A stretch of DNA of 64,000 nt from Scyliorhinus canicula. Lineage: Eukaryota. The stretch lies in assembly GCF_902713615.1 (NCBI RefSeq), contig NC_052158.1, positions 35,009,990-35,073,989 of the forward strand, read 5' to 3'. The notes under the pieces are model-generated. The model made no database searches and was not told where the DNA came from. It saw nothing but the letters and a program-made list of their open reading frames with translations. The position numbers and the translations under genes are program-made. This document shows positions 22,815 to 35,250 of this stretch, one piece after another; the first letter of the stretch is position 1, and each line of letters starts with the position of its first letter.

Positions 22815-23003
22815 TTACAGTTTGAGGCTGCACAGTCGCAGGCCCTCGGCATTGCCCGGGCAGCTGGTTAAGTACGGACTGAAATAGGGGAAGAGTCTCT
22901 CTGTGAAGGTGTCTTTGAAGCTGTAGATATGGGTCATGTTGTCAGCGTTATAGAAGGACACCTGGCCTCCCTCGAAATCCAGGTAGATCCCCACCTTACT
23001 GGG
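22815..23003 (-). pseudogene. Orphan SPRY C-terminal fragment (B30.2 pseudo-exon)
   Basis: Hand translation: [62 protein letters not shown]. In-frame TGA two codons upstream (23007-23009) and CR1 sequence beyond ~23060. Confidence 0.85.
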
Positions 23004-23736
23004 GGTTCAGAGGAGACTGGGTGATTTACCGAAATGGAGCCCAAACCCCAGAGCCCCGATATGCACAGGAACGCAGATCAGTTAGGGAGAGGTTGGATAG
23101 ACTGGGGTTGCTTTCCTGAGACCAGAGGCGGCGAAGGGATGACCGAATCGGGGTGTAGAAAATTATGAGGGGCCTAGACAGGGCAGACAGGAAAGACCTA
23201 TTTCCCCGAGCTGACTGTTCAATGACCAGGGGAATGAAGAAATGTGATTGGCAGAAGGAATGAGACGGGTCCCAAGATAAAATATTTTCATCTCGTGGAG
23301 GAAGGTAGGGCAGCGAGGGTGGGTGGGCCGGGCGGAGAAGGTGGGGCGGCAAAGGGGGGGGGGGGGAGTGGGGTAGCGAGGGGGGGGAGTCGGGTAGCGA
23401 GGGGGGGGGGGGGGGGGGAGGAGATAGGGCGGAGGGGGGGTCGTGAGTGGTGTAGGTGGGGGTGTCTTGTAGGCCTGGCCACAGAGGATGTAGGCCTGGT
23501 GGTGGGTGTATGGGGGAAGGCTCATAGGCCGGCGGGGGCGGTAAGTGGTGCAGGCCGGGGCGGGGTGGGGTTGGGATGTCCCTCTCGGGAGGTGGGGGAG
23601 ACGAGGGTAAATCATTTGGAGTTTCGCCAGGGGAAACGGTGCCCTGGATTTCACGTCATATTTGAAGATAAGGATGTTTCCTATTAACCCAAAAAGGACA
23701 GATAGTGGCCTCTATTTAAGGTCAGTCCTGCCCATG

Positions 23737-26700
23737 TGACAGTGCAGCATTCCCTCAGTACTGACCCTCTGACAGTGCAGCACTCCCTCAGTACTGACCC
23801 TCTGACAGTGCAGCACTCCCTCAGTACTGACCGTCTGACAGTGCAGCACTCCCTCAGAACTGACCCTTTGACAGTGCAGCACTCCCTCAGTACTGACCCT
23901 CTGACAGTGCAGCACTCCCTCAGTACTGACCCTCTGACAGTGCAGCCCTCCCTCAGTACTGACCCTCTGACAGTGCAGCACTCCCTCAGTACTGACTCTC
24001 TGACAGTGCAGCACTCCCTAAGTACTGACCCTCTGACAGTGCAGCACTCCCTCAGTACTAACCCTCTGACAGTGCAGCATACCCTCAGTACTGACCCTCT
24101 GTCTGTGCAGCACTCCCTCAGTACTGACCTTCTGACAATGCAGCACTCCCTCAGTACTGACCCTCTGACAGTGCAGCACTCCCTCAGTACTGACCCTCTG
24201 ACAGTGCAGCACTCCCTCAGTACTGACCCTCTGACAGTGCAGTACCCTCAGTACTGACCCTCTGACAGTGCAGCATTCCCTCAGTACTGATCCTCTGACT
24301 GTGCAGCACTCCCTCAGTACTGCCCCTCTGACAGTGCAGCCCTCCCTCAGTGCTGACCCTCTGACAGTGCAGCACTCCCTCAGTACTGACCCTCTGACAG
24401 TGCAACACTCCCTCAGTACTCACCCTCTGACAGTGCAGCATTCCCTCAGTACTCACCCTCTGACAGTGCAGCACTCCCTCAGTACTGTCTCTCTGACAGT
24501 GCAGCATTCCCTCAGTACTGACCGTCTGGCAGTGCAGCATACCCTCAGTACTGACCCTCTGTCAGTGCAGCACTCCCTCAGTACTGACCTGCTGACAATG
24601 CAGCACTCCCTCAGTACTGACCCTCTGACAGTGCAGCACTCCCTCAGTACTGACCCCCTGACAGTGCAGCACTCCCTCAGGTCTGACCCTCTGACAGTGC
24701 AGCACTCCCTCAGTTCTGACCCACTGACAGTGCAGCACTCCCTCAGTACTGACCCTCTGACAGTGCAGCACTCCCTCAGTACTGACCCTCCGACAGTGCA
24801 GCACTCCCTCAGTACTGACCCTCTGACAGTGCAGCACTCCCTCAGTACTGACTCTCTGACAGTGCAGCACACACTCAGCACTGACCGTCTGGCAGTGCAG
24901 CCCTCCCTCAGTACTGACCCTCTGTCAGTGCAGCACTCCCTCAGTACTGACCTTCTGACAATGCTGCAGTCCCTCAGTACTGACCCTCTGACAGTGCAGC
25001 ACTCCCTCAGTACTGACCCTCTGACAGTGCAGCACTCCCTCAGTACTGACCCTCTGACAGTGCAGCACTTCCTCAGTACTGACCCTCTGACAGTGCAGCA
25101 TTCCCTCAGTACTGATCCTCTGACAGTGCAGCACTCCCTCAGTACTGACCCTCTGACAGTGCAGCACTCCCTCAGTACTGACCCTCTGACAGAGCAGCAC
25201 TCCCTCAGTACTGACCCTCTGACAGTGCAGCACTCCCTCAGTACTGACCCTCTGACAGCGCAGCACTCCCTCAGTACTGACCCTCTGACAGTGCAGCACT
25301 CCCTCAGTACTGACCCTCTGACAGTGCAGCACTCCCTCAGTACTGACTCTCTGACAGTGCAGCACTCCCTCAGTACTGACCCTCTGACAGTGCAGCACTC
25401 CCTCAGTACTGACCCTCTGACAGTGCAGCATTCCCTCAGTACTAACCCTCTGACAGTGCAGCACTCCCTCAGTACTGACCCTCTGACAGTGCAGCACTCC
25501 CTCAGTACTGACCCTCTGACAGTGCAGCACTCCCTCAGTACTGACCTTCTGACAATGCAGCACTCCCTCAGTACTGACTCTCTGACAGTGCAGCACTCCC
25601 TCAGTACTGACCCTCTGACAGTGCAGCACTCCCTCCCTCAGTACTGACCCTCTGACATTGCAGCACACCCTCAGTGCTGACCCTCTGACAGTGCAGTACT
25701 CCCTCAGTACTGACCCTCTGACAGTGCAGCATTCCCCCAGTACTGACCCTCTGACAGTGCAGCGCTCCCTTAGTACTGACCCTCTGACAGTGCAGCACTC
25801 CCTCAGTACTGACTCTCTGACAGTGCAGCACTCCCTCAGTACTGACCCTTTGACAGTGCAGCACTCCCTCAGTACTGAATCTCTGACAGTGCAGCACTCC
25901 TTCAGTACTGACCCTCTGACATTGCAGCACTCCCTCAGTACTGACCCTCTGACAGTACAGCACTCCCTCAGTACTGACCCTCTGACAGTGCAGCAGTCCC
26001 CCTGTACTGACCTTCTGACAGTGCAGCACTCCCTCAGTACTGACCCTTTGACAGTGCAGCACTCCCTCAGTACTGTCCCTCTGACAGTGAAGCACTCCCT
26101 CAGTACTGACCCTCTGACAGTGCAACACCCTCAGTACTGACCCTCTGACAGTGCAGCACTCCCTTAGTACTGGCTCCCTGACAGTGCAGCGCTCCCTCAG
26201 GACTGACCCTCTGACAGTGCAACACCCTCAGTACTGACTCTCTGACAGTGCAGCGCTCCCTCAGTACTGACCTTCTGACAGTGCAGCACTCCCTCATACT
26301 GACACTGTGACAGTGCAGCACTCCCTCAGTTCTGACCCTCTGACAGTGCAACACTCCCTCAGTACTCACCCTCTGACAGTGCAGCATTCCCTCAGTACTC
26401 ACCCTCTGACAGTGCAGCACTCCCTCAGTCCTGTCTCTCTGACAGTGCGGCACTCCCTCAGTACTGACTCTCTGACAGTGCAGCACACAGCACTGACCCT
26501 CTGGCAGTGCAGCATACCCTCAGTACTGACCCTCTGACAGTGCAGCACTCCCTCAGTACTGCCCCACTGACAGTGCAGCAGTCCCTCAGTACTGACCTTC
26601 TGACAGTGCAGCAACCTCAGTACTGACTCTCTGACCTTGCAGCACTCCCTCAGTACTAACCCTCTGACAGTGCAGCGCTCCCTCGGTACTGACCTTCTGA

Positions 26701-29700
26701 CAGTGCAGCACTCCCTCTGTACTGACTCTCTGACAGTGCAGCACTCCCTCATACTGACTCCCTGACAGTGCGGCACTCCCTCAGTACTTACCCTCTAACA
26801 GTGCGGCACTCTCTCATACTGACTCTCTGACCGTGCAGCACTCCCTCAGTACTGACCCACTAACAGTGCAGCACTCCCTCAGTACTGACCCTCTAACAGT
26901 GCGGCACTCCCTCATACTGACCCTCTGACAGTGCAGTACTCCCTCATACTGACCCTCTGACAGTGCGGCACTCCCTCAGTACTGACCCTCTGACAGTGCA
27001 GCACTCCCTCAGTACTGACCCTCTGACAATGCAGCACTCCCTCAGGACTGACCCTCTTACATTGCAGCACTCACTCAGTACTGACCCTCTGACAGTGCAG
27101 TACACCCTCATACTGACCCTCTGGCAGTGCAGCACTCCCTCAATACTGACCCTTTGACAATGCAGCACTCCCTCAGTACTGACCCTCTGACAGTGCAGCA
27201 CCCCCTAGTACTGGCCGTTTGACAGTGCAGCACTCCCTCAATACTGACCCTTTGACAGTGCATCGCTCCCTCAGTACTAACCCTCTGACAGTGCAGCACT
27301 CACTCGGTACTGACCCTCTTACAGTGCTGCACTCCTTCAGTACTGACCCTCTGAGAGTGCAGCACTCCCTCAGTACTGACCCTCTGACAGTGCAGCACTC
27401 CTTCAGTACTGACCTTTTGACAGTGCAGCACTCCCTCAGTACTGACTCTCTGACAGTGCAGCACACACTCAGCACTGACCCTCTGGCAGTGCAGCATACC
27501 CTCAGTACTGACACTCTAACATTGCAGCACTCCCTCAGTACTGTCTCTCTGACAGTGCAGCACTCCCTCAGTACCTACTCTGACAGTGCAGCACACACTC
27601 AGTACTAACCCTCTGACAGTGCAGCACCCCCTAGTACTGGCCGTTTGACAGTGCAGCACTCCCTCAATACTGACCCTTTGACAGTGCATCGCTCCCTCAG
27701 TACTAACCCTCTGACAGTGCAGCACTCACTCAGTACTGACCCTCTTACAGTGCTGCACTCCTTCAGTACTGACCCTCAGACAGTGCAGCACTCCCTCAGT
27801 ACTGACCCTCTGAGAGTGCAGCACTCCCTCAGTACTGACCCTCTGACAGTGCAGCACTCCTTCAGTACTGACCTTTTGACAGTGCAGCACTCCCTCAGTA
27901 CTGACTCTCTGACAGTGCAGCACACACTCAGCACTGACCCTCTGGCAGTGCAGCATACCCTCAGTACTGACCCTCTGACAGTGCAGCACTCCCTCAGTAC
28001 TGACACTCTGACATTGCAGCCCTCCCTCAGTACTGTCTCTCTGACAGTGCAGCACTCCCTCAGTACCTACTCTCTGACAGTGCAGCACACACTCAGTACT
28101 AACCCTCTGACAGTGCAGCACTCCCTCAGTACTGACCCTCTGTCAGTGCAGCAACCTCAGTACTGACTCTCTGACCTTGCAGCACTCCCTCAGTACTAAC
28201 CCTCTGACAGTGCAGCACTCCCTCAGTACTGACCCTCTGACAGTGCAGCACTCCCTCAGTACTGACCCTCTGACAGTGCAGCATTCCCTCAGTACTGATC
28301 CTCTGACAGTGCAGCACTCCCTCAGTACTGACCCTCTGACAGTGCAGCATTCCCCCAGTACTGACCCTCTGACAGTGCAGCGCTCCCTTAGTACTGACCC
28401 TCTGACAGTGCAGCACTCCCTCAGTACTGACTCTCTGACAGTGCAGCACTCCCTCAGTACTGACCCTTTGACAGTGCAGCACTCCCTCAGTACTGACCCT
28501 CTGACAGTGCAGCACTCCTTCAGTACTGACCCTCTGACATTGCAGCACTCCCTCAGTACTGACCCTCTGACAGTGCAGCACTCCCTCAGTACTGACCCTC
28601 TGACAGTGCAGCAGTCCCCCAGTACTGACCTTCTGACAGTGCAGCACTCCCTCAGTACTGACCCTTTGACAGTGCAGCACTCTCTCAGTACTGTCCCTCT
28701 GACAGTGAAGCACTCCCTTAGTACTGACCCTCTGACAGTGCAGCACTCCCTCAGTACTGGCTCCCTGACAGTGCAGCGCTCCCTCAGTACTGACCTTCTG
28801 ACAGTGCAGCAATCCCTCATACTGACACTGTGACAGTGCAGCATTCCCTCAGTACTGACCCTCTGACAGTGCAGCACTCCCTCATACTGACTCTCAGTGC
28901 GACACTCCCTCAGTACCACCCTCTGACAGTGCAGCACTCCCTCAGTACTTACCCTCTAACAGTGCGGCACTCCCTCAGTACTGACCCTCTAACAGTGCGG
29001 CACTCTCTCATACTGACCCTCTGACCGTGCAGCACTCCCTCAGTACTGACCCACTAACAGTGCAGCACTCCCTCAGTACTGACCCTCTAACAGTGCGGCA
29101 CTCCCTCATACTGACCCTCTAACAGTGCAGTACTCCCTCATACTGATCCTCTGACAGTGCGGCACTCCCTCAGTACTGACCCTCTGATAGTGCAGCACTC
29201 CCTCAGTACTGACCCTCTGACAATGCAGCACTCCATCAGGACTGACCCTCTCACATTGCAGCACTCACTCAGTACTGACCCTCTGACAGTGCAGTACACC
29301 CTCATACTGACCCTCTTACAGTGCAGCACTCCCTCAATACTGACCCTTTGACAATGCAGCACTCCCTCAGTACTGACCCTCTGACAGTGCAGCACCCCCT
29401 AGTACTGACCGTTTGACAGTGCAGCACTCCCTCAATACTGACCCTTTGACAGTGCATCGCTCCCTCAGTACTAACCCTCTGACAGTGCAGCACTCACTCA
29501 GTACTGACCCTCTTACAGTGCTGCACTCCTTCAGTACTGACCCTCTGAGAGTGCAGCACTCCCTCAGTACTGACCCTCTGACAGTGCAGCACTCCCTCAG
29601 TACTGACCTTTTGACAGTGCAACACTCCCTCAGTACTGGCTCTCTGACAGTGCAGCACTCCCTCAGTACTGACCCTCTGACAGTGCAGCACTCCCTCAGT

Positions 29701-30981
29701 ACTGACCCTCTGACAGTGCAGCACTCCCTCAGTACTGACCCTCTGACAGTGCAGCACTGTCTCAGTACTGACCCTCTGACAGTGCAGCACTCCCTCAGTA
29801 CTGACCCTCTGACAGTGCAGCACTCCCTCAGTACTGACCCTCTGACAATGCAGCATTCCCTCAGTACTGACCCTCTGACAGTGCAGCACTCCCTCAGTAC
29901 TGACCCTCTGACAGTGCAGCACTCCCTCAGTACTGACACTCTGACAGTGAGGCACTCCCTCAGTACTGACACTCTGACAGTGCAGGACTCCCTCAGTACT
30001 GACCCTCTGACAATGCAGCACTCCCTCAGTACTGACACTCTGACAGTGCAGGACTCCCTCAGTACTGACCCTCAGACAGTGCGGCCCTCCCTCAGTACTG
30101 ACACTGACAGTGCAGCACTCCCTCAATACTGACCCTTTGACAATGCAGCACTCCCTCAGTACTGACCCTCTGACAGTGCAGCACCCCCTAGTACTGACCG
30201 TTTGACAGTGCAGCACTCCCTCAGTACTGACCCTCTGACAGTGCATCGCTCCCTCAGTACTAACCCTCTGACAGTGCAGCACTCACTCAGTACTGACCCT
30301 CTTACAGTGCTGCACTCCTTCAGTACTGACCCTCTGAGAGTGCAGCACTCCCTCAGTACTGACCCTCTGACAGTGCAGCACTCCCTCAGTACTGACCTTT
30401 TGACAGTGCAACACTCCCTCAGTACTGGCTCTCTGACAGTGCAGCACTCCCTCAGTACTGACCCTCTGACAGTGCAGCACTCCCTCAGTACTGACCCTCT
30501 GACAGTGCAGCACTCCCTCAGTACTGACCCTCTGACAGTGCAGCACTGTCTCAGTACTGACCCTCTGACAGTGCAGCACTCCCTCAGTACTGACCCTCTG
30601 ACAGTGCAGCACTCCCTCAGTACTGACCCTCTGACAATGCAGCATTCCCTCAGTACTGACCCTCTGACAGTGCAGCACTCCCTCAGTACTGACCCTCTGA
30701 CAGTGCAGCACTCCCTCAGTACTGACACTCTGACAGTGCGGCACTCCCTCAGTACTGACACTCTGACAGTGCAGGACTCCCTCAGTACTGACCCTCTGAC
30801 AATGCAGCACTCCCTCAGTACTGACACTCTGACAGTGCAGGACTCCCTCAGTACTGACCCTCAGACAGTGCGGCACTCCCTCAGTACTGACCCTCTGACA
30901 ATGCAGCACTCCCTCAGTACTGACCCTCTGACAGTGCAGCACTCCCTCAGTACTGACCCTCTGACAATGCAGCACTCCCTC
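23737..30981. repeat. 33-bp tandem satellite, about 220 units
   Basis: Unit cagtactgaccctctgacagtgcagcactccct; explains the (STDPLTVQHSL)n and (EGVLHCQRVST)n ORFs. Confidence 0.98.
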
Positions 30982-31129
30982 GTCCCTGCATTGGAGGCCT
31001 CAACATGAATTGTGTCCCAAATGTCTCTTGAATGGGCCTTGAACCACCTTCTTCAGATGAAAGTGTGATGAATGAAGCCACGGGTACCACAAGGGCTTCC
31101 CCACCTATCTGAAAACATGGGGCTGGGGG

Positions 31130-32210
31130 AGTAGTGGGGGCTGGGCGAATGCCTGGCGGCGGGGCGAGTGCCTGGGGGCGGGGGGCTGGGTGAGTGCCTG
31201 GGGGTGGGGGGGATGGGTGTGCCTGGGGGTGGGGGGTGGGTGAGTGCCTGGGGGTGGGTGAGTGCCTGGGGGTGGGTGGGGGAGGGGGTGGGTGAGTGCC
31301 TGGGGGTGGGTGGGGGGGGTGGGTGAGTGCCTGGGAGTTGGGGGGGGTGGGCGAGTGCCTGGGGGCGGGGTTGCGCGAGTGCCCAGGGGCGGGGGCTGCG
31401 CGAGTGCCTAGGGGGCGGTGGTGGGCGAGTGCCTAGGGGGCTGGGGTGGGCGAGTGCCTAGGGGGCGGGGGTGGGCGGGTCCCTGGGGGGCGGGGGCTGC
31501 GCGAGTTCCTGGGGGCGGGGGCTGCACGAGTTCCTGGGGGCGGGGGCTGCGCGAGTTCCTGGGGGCGGGGGGAAGGGTGCCTGGGGGCGGGGGGGGGGCG
31601 GGTGCCTGGGGGCGGGGGCGGGGGGGCGGGGCGGGTGCCTGGGGGCTGGGGGGGGGGCGGGTGCCTGGGGGCGGGGGGTTGGGTGAGTGCCTGGGGCGGG
31701 GGGCTGGGCGAGTGCCTGGGGGCTGGGTGATTGCCTGGGTGCGGAGAGGGTGCCGGTGGGCGGGGGGCTGGGCGAGTGCCTGGGGCGGGGGCTGTGGGAG
31801 TGCCTGGGGCGGGGGGCTGGGTGAGTGCCTGGGGCGGGGGCTGTGGGAGTGCCTGGGGCGGGGGCTGTGGGAGTGCCTGGGGCGGGGGCTGTGGGAGTGC
31901 CTGGGGCGGGGGCTGTGGGAGTGCCTGGGGCGGGGGCTGTGGGAGTGCCTGGGGCGGGGGCTGTGGGAGTGCCTGGGGCGGGGGCTGTGGGAGTGCCTGG
32001 GGCGGGGGCTGTGGGAGTGCCTGGGGCGGGGGCTGTGGGAGTGCCTGGGGCGGGGGCTGTGGGAGTGCCTGGGGCGGGGGCTGTGGGAGTGCCTGGGGCG
32101 GGGGGCTGGGTGAGTGCCTGGGGGCTGGGCGATTGCCTGGGTGCGGGGAGGGTGCCGGTGGGCGGGACGAGTGCCTGGGCGCGGGGACGGTGCCTGGGGG
32201 TGGGCGAGTA
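31130..32210 (+). repeat. G-rich minisatellite including 11 perfect 24-bp units (31823-32086)
   Basis: Unit gagtgcctggggcgggggctgtgg, with degenerate flanks. Confidence 0.95.
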
Positions 32211-33353
32211 TTAATGGGGCATGCATTATAAATGCAAAAAGGTTATGTTGTGTACGACACTCGATCAGTCACTGCTGGAGTATTGCATCCATTTCTGGGC
32301 CTTGTACTTTCGGAAAAAAGTTAAGTAATTGGAGAGAGTGCAGGAAAGATTCACTGAGATTAGTTCCTGGGGTGAGGAACTTCAGTATTGAAGACAAATT
32401 GGGGAAGTTATTTTAAAATTTAGAGTCCCCAATTCTTTTTTCCCAATTAAGGGGCGATTTAGCGTGGTCAATCCCCCTACCCCGCACACCTTTGGGTTGT
32501 GGGGGCGAGACCTACGCAGGCACGGGGAGAAAATTCAAACTAACCACACGGACAGTGACCCGGGGCTGGGTTCAAACCTGGGTCCTCAGCGCCGTGAGGC
32601 AGCAGTGCTAACCACTGCGCCACCGTGCTGCCCCAGATTGGAGAAGTTAGGTCTGCTTTACCGAGTGAAAAAAAGGCTGAAGAGAGGAGGTATTCCAAAT
32701 CATGAAGGGCCCGGAGAGAGTAGATAAAGAGAGAGAGAGAGACACAGTTACCACCGGTGAAAGGATCTGAAGTAATTAGTAAAAGAAGCAAAAGCGACAT
32801 GAGGAAAATCTTTCTCCTGCAGCAAGTGGCGATGGTTTGGAATGTACTGCCTGAGAGTGTGGTGGAGGGGGGTTCAATTGAAATATTCAAAATGGAATTG
32901 AAGTGTTATTGGCAAAAGTAGGAGCCAAGATCACAGAGAGAAGGCGGAGTTACGGCATTGGATAAATTGCTCATTCTGAGGATCGGTGCTGCTGCGATGG
33001 GCCAGGTGGCCTCCTTCTGCACGTAACGATTCTGGTGACAGGACAGAATGAGTATCATTCAGCGATTCCACCAATGCCACACGTCTTTATCCTGTAGTCC
33101 TGCAGATTTTAACCACAGCCTCGACTCGCGAACATAAATAGCATAACCAGCTAGGAGATTGTCCCTTAATTTGACATTTTGCCGCGTCCCTTAAGTGACA
33201 CCTTTTGTCCTGTTTTTTCAGCCAGCCAGTGATTGATCCTGGGAGTCTCCTCTTGCTGTTGTGTCTCTCTTTCTTCTTGTGAGAATGCAACACACCCTGC
33301 CCTCCAAACTAACTCACTGACCCACGGCTCTTAGGGTCACCAGCAACACCCCC

Positions 33354-33650
33354 TGATGCACGATCAATTGCACAAAAGATCAGATTGGGTACAACTGTGG
33401 CTTTATTACAGTCAGATGCGTGGCCTCCTGCTGCAGCTGGAGAAATGGCTGCTCAGAAGGACACGCATATTTATACGGCTACTTATGGGCGGAGCTAGCC
33501 GGCAGGGGCTACCGGCGAACCTGTAGTGCAGGTCCTACCTTACATCCCCTAATACAGGTGCAAACAGCGATTCACCACATTCACCCCCTGTTAAAAATGA
33601 GTCCGGCGGGGGTGGTGTGGAACGATATAGTTTTGCAAATAATTTACAGT
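33354..33650 (-). mobile_element. Gypsy-like LTR (33354-33579) with PPT and short internal remnant
   Basis: tgatgcacgatc...ttcaccaca followed by ttcaccccctgttaaaa, the same junction as at 10849. Confidence 0.7.
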
Positions 33651-33679
33651 GGGGGGGGGGCCTCAACCGGGATCTTTGA

Positions 33680-33973
33680 TTCATGTCGCATTACATCCAC
33701 CCCCCACCATCAGGCCTGGACTTGCAAAATCCTACCAACTGTTCTGGCTTGGGACAATTCACACCTCTTTAACCTGTGATTATCCCTCTCCCTGGATCTG
33801 TAATGATTTGGTTACCTGCAAATGCCTGCATTCCAAGCATTGTCCAGCATCTCTGACTTTGTCTATATAAATGTTTCTGGAACATACCTCGCCATTCACC
33901 TGAGGAAGGAGCTGCGCTCCGAATGCTCGTGTTTGAAACAAACCTGTTGGACTCGGTGTTGTAAGACTTCTTA
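33680..33973 (+). mobile_element. Penelope-like 3' fragment with degenerate hammerhead (33897-33931)
   Basis: CAC CUGAGGA A GGAGC-UGC-GCUCC GAA UGCU C GUG (GAAA changed to GAAU), followed by the shared terminus. Confidence 0.65.
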
Positions 33974-34070
33974 TATTTAAGGTCAGGGCCCCAAATATTC
34001 TCCAGAACTGAACAATGATGTGATTCCATTACGGGCAGCATTCTGTTCCATCCTGCCGGCGGAGAATCCG

Positions 34071-34398
34071 GGCAGCACAGTGGTTAGCACAGGTGCTCCA
34101 CAGCTTCAGGGTCCTAGGTTCGATTCCCGGCTGGGTCACTGTCTGTGCGGAGTCTGCATGTTCTCCCAGTGTCTGCGTGGGCTTCCTCCGGGTGCTCCGG
34201 TTTCCTCCCAGTCCAAAGACGTGCAGGTTAGGTGGATTGGCCATGCTAAATTGCCCTTAGTGTCCAAAAAAGATTGGGTGGGTTCACTGGGTTACAGGGA
34301 TAGAGTAGAGGTGTGGGCTTAGGTAGGGTCCTCTTTCCAAGGGCCAATGCAGACTCAATGGGCTGAATGGCGTCCTTCTACACTGTAAATTCTATGAT
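34071..34398 (+). mobile_element. Full-length tRNA-SINE with CR1-like tail
   Basis: gggcagcacagtggttagc...cactgtaaattctatga. Confidence 0.85.
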
Positions 34399-34529
34399 CC
34401 CAGCCCCATATATCGGGTGCACATCTGGTCTGGATCTTCCCAGAGAGGGGGTCCGGTACCTGTCCAATAAATAGGACAATTTGAAAACGAGTAAATGGGC
34501 AGAGAGACCCTGGTGTCCAAAGGAGGAAA

Positions 34530-35250
34530 GGGGTCTTTCAGGGTCAAGGAAAGGATGTTTCCTCTTGTGGGAGAATCTAGAATTGGTGGTCAAGGGTTAA
34601 AAATAAGGGGTCGTCCAATTAAGATGGTGATGAGAATTTCTTTCTCTCAGAGTCGTCAGTCTCTGGAACTCTTTTCCTTAAAAGACTGTGGAAGCAGAAT
34701 CTTTGAATGTTTTTAAGGTAGAGTCAGATAGAAGGATGTGAAAGGTTATCAGGGGTCGGCAGGAATGTGGGTTGAGGTTACAATCATATCAGCTATGATC
34801 GAATGGTGAAGCAGGCTTGAGGGGCTGAGTGGCCTCCATAATTCGTATGGAAGTTGACAACCTGGTTACAATAGTGTATTGGGCTCTTTGGGTTTATGAA
34901 TAGAGGAATAGCTTATGAAAGCAAAGGGAACATGCGCTAACTGTATAAATCACTGATTAGGCCTTAGCTGAAGGTTAATGGACAACTCTGGGCTTAACGA
35001 ACGATGTAAAGACCTTAGAAAGGTTCCGCAGACGGATCACTAGGATGTTACCAAAGATGAGGGACTTCATCTATGAACAGGGCATGGAAAAGTTCAAACT
35101 GTTATCCTTGGAACAGAGGTTAACAGGTGACCTAATAGAGGATTTCAAGATGCTGAGATGTTTTGACCTGGAACTATTCACTCTGGAGAGTATCAGAGGT
35201 GATAGATCTGAAATCTAGAAGAGAGAATTTTTTTCGCACTGAGATTTGTT
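34530..35250 (+). mobile_element. Degenerate CR1 3' fragments
   Basis: Similar to the CR1 end at 51900-52550. Confidence 0.55.

Noticed and set aside
23737-30981. CRISPR-like array of ~33-nt repeats
   Set aside because: Units are contiguous with no unique spacers, there are no cas genes, and the context is eukaryotic.
23712-31008. Many long ORFs (up to 459 aa) on both strands
   Set aside because: They are translations of the 33-bp satellite: no splice context and no domain signature.
31408-32231. Gly/Pro-rich ORFs resembling collagen, elastin or extensin
   Set aside because: They derive from the 24-bp G-rich minisatellite and are open in most frames.
34071-34150. tRNA genes
   Set aside because: The A/B-box sequences are SINE heads continuing into SINE bodies, not complete cloverleaves.
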